64,000 nt of DNA from Thermoanaerobaculia bacterium (GTDB lineage: Bacteria; Acidobacteriota; Thermoanaerobaculia; UBA5066), in contig CAVRAY010000001.1 of the NCBI GenBank assembly GCA_963719225.1, forward strand, positions 544,001 through 608,000. The letters are read 5' to 3'. The notes beneath the pieces were generated by a model. That model ran no database searches, had not been told where the DNA came from, and worked only from the letters and a program-made list of their open reading frames with translations. Shown piece by piece: positions 59,124 through 64,000 of the stretch. Made by a program: the position numbers and the translations under genes. Position 1 is the stretch's first letter; the number at the start of each line of letters is the position of its first letter.

Positions 59124-59666
59124 ATGACGGAAACGAGTTCGGTTCGAGTCGCGGCCGCGGAAAACGCGGCCGCTGCCCCCACGCGCCGCAGTTTCATCAG
59201 CTGGCTCGCCGTCGGATGGCTCGCGTTCGCCGCCGGCGTCGGCGCGTTCGTCACGACGATGGCGCGTTTCCTGTTCCCGAACGTCCTCTTCGAGCCGCCG
59301 TCTTCCTTCAAGGCGGGCTTCCCGGCCGACTACCAGGTCGGCGAGGTCGACGAGCGCTGGAAGGAGAAGTTCCAGATCTGGGTCGTCCGCAACACGGAGA
59401 TGATCTACGCGCTCATCACGATCTGCACGCACCTCGGGTGCATTCCGAACTGGCTTCCCGCGCAGAACAAGTTCAAGTGCCCGTGCCACGGCTCGGGCTA
59501 CTACCGCTCCGGCATCAATTTCGAAGGACCGACGCCACGGCCTCTCGAGCGCGCGGCCATCTCCATCTCGCCCGAGGACGGGCAGATCTTCATCGACAAG
59601 TCGCGGAAGTTCCTTTACGAGAAGGGCCAGTGGACCGACCCCGCGGCCTTCATCAAGACGGCTTAG
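59124..59666 (+). CDS. Rieske 2Fe-2S subunit
   Basis: Tat motif TRRSFI, CTHLGC, CPCHGS, GPTPRPL. Confidence 0.95.
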   Translation: MTETSSVRVAAAENAAAAPTRRSFISWLAVGWLAFAAGVGAFVTTMARFLFPNVLFEPPSSFKAGFPADYQVGEVDERWKEKFQIWVVRNTEMIYALITICTHLGCIPNWLPAQNKFKCPCHGSGYYRSGINFEGPTPRPLERAAISISPEDGQIFIDKSRKFLYEKGQWTDPAAFIKTA

Positions 59667-59716
59667 GAAGAAAGATCGAAGAAAGAGATTTTCTCAGAAG
59701 GTAAGAGGGGAACGGC

Positions 59717-60513
59717 GTGAGCCTCGAAAAGTCCTGGCGTCGCTTCCAGAACCACGTCGTCGAGACGCAGATCTGGAAGTCCATCTTCCGCGTCGGCATC
59801 CCGAACACGAACCGCAAGCGCGTGCTCGCGATGCTCGGCGAACGTCGTGCTCCACCTGCACCCGGTGAAGACGCGCAAGTCGGGGGTGAAGATGCGCTAC
59901 ACGTGGTGCATGCCGGCGGGATGACGTTCTTCCTGTTCCTGACGTCGACGTTCACCGGCCTTCTCCTGATGTTCTATTACCGGCCGACGATCGAGTACGC
60001 CTACGGCGACATGCTCGACCTGCGCGAGCAGGTGCCCTTCGGGATCATGCGCGAGATGCACCGCTGGGGGGCGCACGCGATGGTGATCTCGGTGTGGCTC
60101 CACATGTTCCGGGTGTTCATGACCGGCTCGTACAAGCCGCCGCGCGAGTTCAACTGGAACGTCGGCGTCGTCCTGCTCGTGCTCACGTTGCTGCTGTCCT
60201 TCACGGGCTACCTGCTGCCGTGGGACCAGCTCGCGATCTGGGCCATCACGGTCGGCTCGAACATGGCGCGCGCGACGCCGCTCGCGGGCAACGAAGGGCC
60301 GTTGGCCGTCACTCGTCCGTCAACGGCGTGAACCTCGTGCACGCGGGCGACGATGCCCGTTTCGGCCTGCTCGGCGGACGCTTCGTGGGCGCGGCGACGC
60401 TGCTGCGCTTCTACGTGCTCCACTGCATCTTCATCCCGCTCGTCGCCGCCTTCCTGATGGCCGTCCACTTCTGGCGCGTACGCAAGGATGGAGGCATCTC
60501 GGGGCCGCTCTGA
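59717..60513 (+). CDS. Cytochrome b6-like N-terminal subunit (several indels)
   Basis: [64 protein letters not shown]. Confidence 0.9.
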
Positions 60514-61670
60514 TGCGAGCAGGCCGAGACGTCTCGAGAGCGTCCCGTCAACTTCCTCGCGGAGAGCCGATGGGGGATCAGCTCTTCTATCGAGCGGCCT
60601 AAAGACCTTCATCGACTGGCTCGCGTCGCCCGCCATCGCGGTGACGGCTGTCCGATGATCGTCTCTCGTCGCGCGATGTTCTACAAGCCGCTCTGGACGA
60701 AGAAGGGCTGGTCGTCCTCGTTCGCCAGCTCGTGCGGCGGGTTCGCCTTCGCTTCACGGATCCGAACTTCCGCATCGATCGCGACCAAGCCCGACAACGT
60801 CCCGATCGCGTGATGCTCTTCCTCGTGGGCTTCTTCTTCTGGTAGCCCTGCGGCAGGCGGACCTGCAACGACGAGCGCATGTCGCGCGGGCGAGCTCGCC
60901 TCTCGAGAAGGACGAGACGACAAGAAGGTCTTCGTCTGGCCCGACCTCGTCTACAGTCGAGCTCGTCTGCATGATCATCCTGACTCGATCGTGATCGTCG
61001 TCTGGTCGATCGTGCTCAAGGCGCCCTCGAGGAGCCAGCGAATCCCGACGCGGCCCCGAACCCGGCGAAGGCGCCGTGGTACTTCCTCGGGCTACAGGAG
61101 ATGCTGGTCTACTTCGACCCGTGGATGGCCGGCGTCGTCCTGCCGACGCTGATCATCGTGGGGCTCATGGCGATCCCGTACATCGACACGAACCCGCAAG
61201 GGAACGGCTATTTCTCGTTTCGCGAGCGGAAGTGGGAGATCGTCATGTTCTTCTTCGGCTTCATCATCCTGTGGGTCGTCCTCATCATCCTCGGGACGTT
61301 CCTGCGCGGGCCGAACTGGAACTTCTTCGGCCCGTACGAGTACTGGGATCCGAACAAGCTCGTTCCACTGAACAACGTGAGCGTCTCGGAGATCTTCTGG
61401 GTCAAGTGGCTGAAGACGGCCCTCCCGACCTTTTGGCTCAAGCGCGAGCTGCCGGGAATCCTCCTCGTCCTCTTCTACCTCGGCGCGCTGCCCGGACTTC
61501 TTTCCAAGACTCTCTTCAAGCGCTTCTACGAAAAGATGGGGATGGTCCGCTTCTTCGTGGGCGTGAACCTGTTTCTCATCATGCTCGCCGTGCCCATCAA
61601 GATGTACCTGAGGTGGATCTTCAACCTCAAGTACATCGTCAACATCCAGGAATTCTCTTTCAATATCTGA
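60513..61670 (+). CDS. Cytochrome b subunit IV-like membrane protein (heavily frameshifted 5' half)
   Basis: Fragments KPDNVPI, VWPDLVY, EEPANP, PNPAKAPWYFLGLQEMLVYFDPW, GTFLRGPNW. Confidence 0.75.
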
Positions 61671-61703
61671 ATCGCATGGAATACATGCTCGGCAACATCT
61701 GAC

Positions 61704-64000
61704 ATGGCCAAAGCCCCGCCGCCCGAACCGATCGATCACCACTACGACATCAAGCGGCTGACGAAGGCCTTCGCGATCGCTTCGATCCTCGCGCTGCCGG
61801 TGTTCGGGTGGATGACGTGGCAGGATTACGGGCGCGACTGGAAGTCCTGGCAGAAGAAGTTCGTCGAGAACGACCGCAAGAGGACGCGCGCGGCGCTTAA
61901 AGCCGCGTCCGAGAAGATCGATCCGGACGTCGAGGAGAAATACCTCGACCAGAAGCGCGAGGGCGCGCGCGAGCTGCGCCGCAATCGCACGGCGGTCTCG
62001 GAGGCCGAGGAGCGGACGAAGAAGGCCGAAGGGGCCTGGTACCTCGCCGACCAGGACTTCCGCTTCAAGAAGGCCGAGATGGATACGGCGCGGTACAACT
62101 ACGAGACCCGACGCGAGACGTCTCCGAAGGCCGCATCGACCGAAAGCGCACGGAAGGAGTACGAGCGGCTTCAGTCGGCCTATGTCAGGAGCACGGTCGC
62201 CGAGCAGGCGGCCAAGAAGGGATGGGACGAGGCGAAAGCCGAGCTCGCGACTCTCGAGAAGACGAAGAAAGACGCCGAGGAAGCGCTCGTCAAGCTCGAC
62301 GCCGATTACGACCGGTTCCAGAAGAAGATCAGGACGCTCCGGCAGAACGACGCGTTCTACTTCGTGCGCAACGCGCCCATCGCCGACATGCTCGCCCCGT
62401 CCCTCAAGATCCAGCAGGTCCAGCTCGAGGGCCTCTACAACGACGTGAACTTCCTCAGGAGCCAGCGCGTCGACCGCTGCATGACCTGCCACATCGCGGC
62501 CGAGACCCGGGGCTTCGAGGACAAGACGAAGTACCCGCTGTCGGTCCTGAGGACGCATCCCCGCCTCGATCTCTTCGTCGACTCGAACTCGCCGCATCCG
62601 TTTGCGACGTTCGGCTGCACGTCGTGCCACGGCGGGCGAGACCGCGCGACCGACTTCACGCGCTCCGGCCACATGCCGAACGACTACGGAACGTACGAGC
62701 ACCTCGCCCAACAGATCGAATCGGGACACGACGACAAGGGCCTCCCGACCGACGACGACGCCGTGAAGGAGGCGATGGCCGAGACGCAGACGGGCCGCTG
62801 GATGAAGGAGTACGACTGGGAGGTCGACAAGTTCAACGACCTGCCCATGTACCCGATGAAGGCCGTGGAGGCCGGCTGTTTCCGTTGCCATCGAAGCGAC
62901 GCGGGGCACCCGAAGGCGCCGAAGCTCGACGAGGGCCGCAAGCTCGTCGAGCAGCTCGGCTGCTGGAGCTGCCACAGGATGAAGGGCCTCGAGGACCTTC
63001 CGCGCGTCGGCCCGAACCTCTCGCGGGTCGCATCCAAGACGACGCCGGACTGGGTGGAACGCTGGCTCGTGAACCCGCGCGCCTTCCGGAACAACACGAA
63101 GATGCCGCGCTTTTTCTACCTCGAGAATTTCGCAGGAGACGCGGGGCACCGCCTCACGAACACGATGATCGCGGGCGTCACGGCCTATCTCTTCGAAAAG
63201 TCGGAGAAGGCGCCGCCGTGGCCCGCGGTCGCGGCGGGAGACGCGGCGCGCGGCCAGCAGCTCTTCGAGAACGTGGGCTGCCAGGGCTGCCACATCTCCG
63301 AGCCGGGGGCTGAACGCCACGTGATGGACCGCTGGAATCAGCACGGCCCGAACCTGATCGGACTTTCGCAGAAGGTGACGCCGGAGTGGCTCGCCGCCTG
63401 GCTGAAGAACCCGAAGGCCTACAACCCCGAGACGCGGATGCCGAACCTGCGTCTCGCAGGCGACGAGATCGCCGACCTCGTCGCGTACCTCATGAGCCGT
63501 CCCGCGCAGCCCGAGTTCCAGCGCAGCCGTCCCCCGAAGGCCGACGAGAAGGAGCGCGACGCGCTCGTCTACGATTACCTCACGCAGACGAAGTCCGTCG
63601 TGGAGGCGAAGGCCGACGTCGCGAAGATGACGCCGAAGGAGAAGGACCTGTTCGTCGGCGAGAGGATCATCGCGAATTACGGCTGCTATTCGTGCCACGT
63701 GATCCCCGGCTTCGAGAAGGCCAAGCCGATCGGCGTCGAGCTGTCCGAGTGGGGGAACAAGCCGGTCCATCTCCTCGACTTCGGCTTCGTGCACCTGCCG
63801 CACACGCGCGCCGACTGGCTCGCGCAAAAGGTGGGGCAGCCGCGGTCGTTCGACCGAGAGAAGGTCAAGACCTTCCAGGAGAAGCTGAAGATGCCGCTGT
63901 TCTCCCTGTCGCCCGCGGAGATCGAAGCCGTCCAGACGGCGATCCTCGGGATGCAGAAGGACGACATGGCCGACGCGCTCGTCGTGAAGGCCGCCGGCTC
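61704..64000 (+). CDS. Membrane-anchored multiheme cytochrome c (3' truncated by the window)
   Basis: Open frame to the window end; TM, coiled coil, then CMTCH, CTSCH, CFRCH, CWSCH, CQGCH, CYSCH. Confidence 0.9.
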   Translation, partial: MAKAPPPEPIDHHYDIKRLTKAFAIASILALPVFGWMTWQDYGRDWKSWQKKFVENDRKRTRAALKAASEKIDPDVEEKYLDQKREGARELRRNRTAVSEAEERTKKAEGAWYLADQDFRFKKAEMDTARYNYETRRETSPKAASTESARKEYERLQSAYVRSTVAEQAAKKGWDEAKAELATLEKTKKDAEEALVKLDADYDRFQKKIRTLRQNDAFYFVRNAPIADMLAPSLKIQQVQLEGLYNDVNFLRSQRVDRCMTCHIAAETRGFEDKTKYPLSVLRTHPRLDLFVDSNSPHPFATFGCTSCHGGRDRATDFTRSGHMPNDYGTYEHLAQQIESGHDDKGLPTDDDAVKEAMAETQTGRWMKEYDWEVDKFNDLPMYPMKAVEAGCFRCHRSDAGHPKAPKLDEGRKLVEQLGCWSCHRMKGLEDLPRVGPNLSRVASKTTPDWVERWLVNPRAFRNNTKMPRFFYLENFAGDAGHRLTNTMIAGVTAYLFEKSEKAPPWPAVAAGDAARGQQLFENVGCQGCHISEPGAERHVMDRWNQHGPNLIGLSQKVTPEWLAAWLKNPKAYNPETRMPNLRLAGDEIADLVAYLMSRPAQPEFQRSRPPKADEKERDALVYDYLTQTKSVVEAKADVAKMTPKEKDLFVGERIIANYGCYSCHVIPGFEKAKPIGVELSEWGNKPVHLLDFGFVHLPHTRADWLAQKVGQPRSFDREKVKTFQEKLKMPLFSLSPAEIEAVQTAILGMQKDDMADALVVKAAG

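Noticed and set aside
59830-61030. Pseudogenisation or programmed frameshifting of the cytochrome b genes
   Set aside because: Dense indels sit in one block while conserved motifs and flanking genes are intact, which is more consistent with low-quality long-read consensus.

Overview
High-GC bacterial window, most likely Acidobacteriota (Thermoanaerobaculia-like; inferred from gene families). It carries several indels that look like long-read errors. Contents in order: the end of a P-II gene plus amtB; malQ; a PGM1-type ATP-grasp ligase; a ~23 kb type IV pilus accessory locus (two tandem pilins, a YfhO-like GT-C protein, PilD with a PAS-like insertion, a sensor kinase, PilT plus a HEAT-repeat-PilT fusion, FimT/PilV/PilW/PilX-like minor pilins, an 1800-aa PilY1 with a ~360-aa Thr-Pro tract, a second PilW-like protein and a sigma-54 regulator); an M36 peptidase; selA; tldD/E; an acyl-CoA carboxylase; a DsbA-like protein; a pseudokinase-TonB fusion; mltG/ruvX; thiolase-scoAB; lptD; rfbD; a prenol kinase-DUF92 fusion with a homogentisate-prenyltransferase-like UbiA; and a polyferredoxin/HEAT/Rieske/split cytochrome b/multiheme cytochrome c operon. 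The best novelty candidates are the VTE5-VTE6-like fusion plus HPT/HST-like prenyltransferase and the modified pilus machine. Many genes appear to be leaderless. No tRNA, rRNA, CRISPR array or mobile element was seen. All calls come from motif recognition, not database searches.
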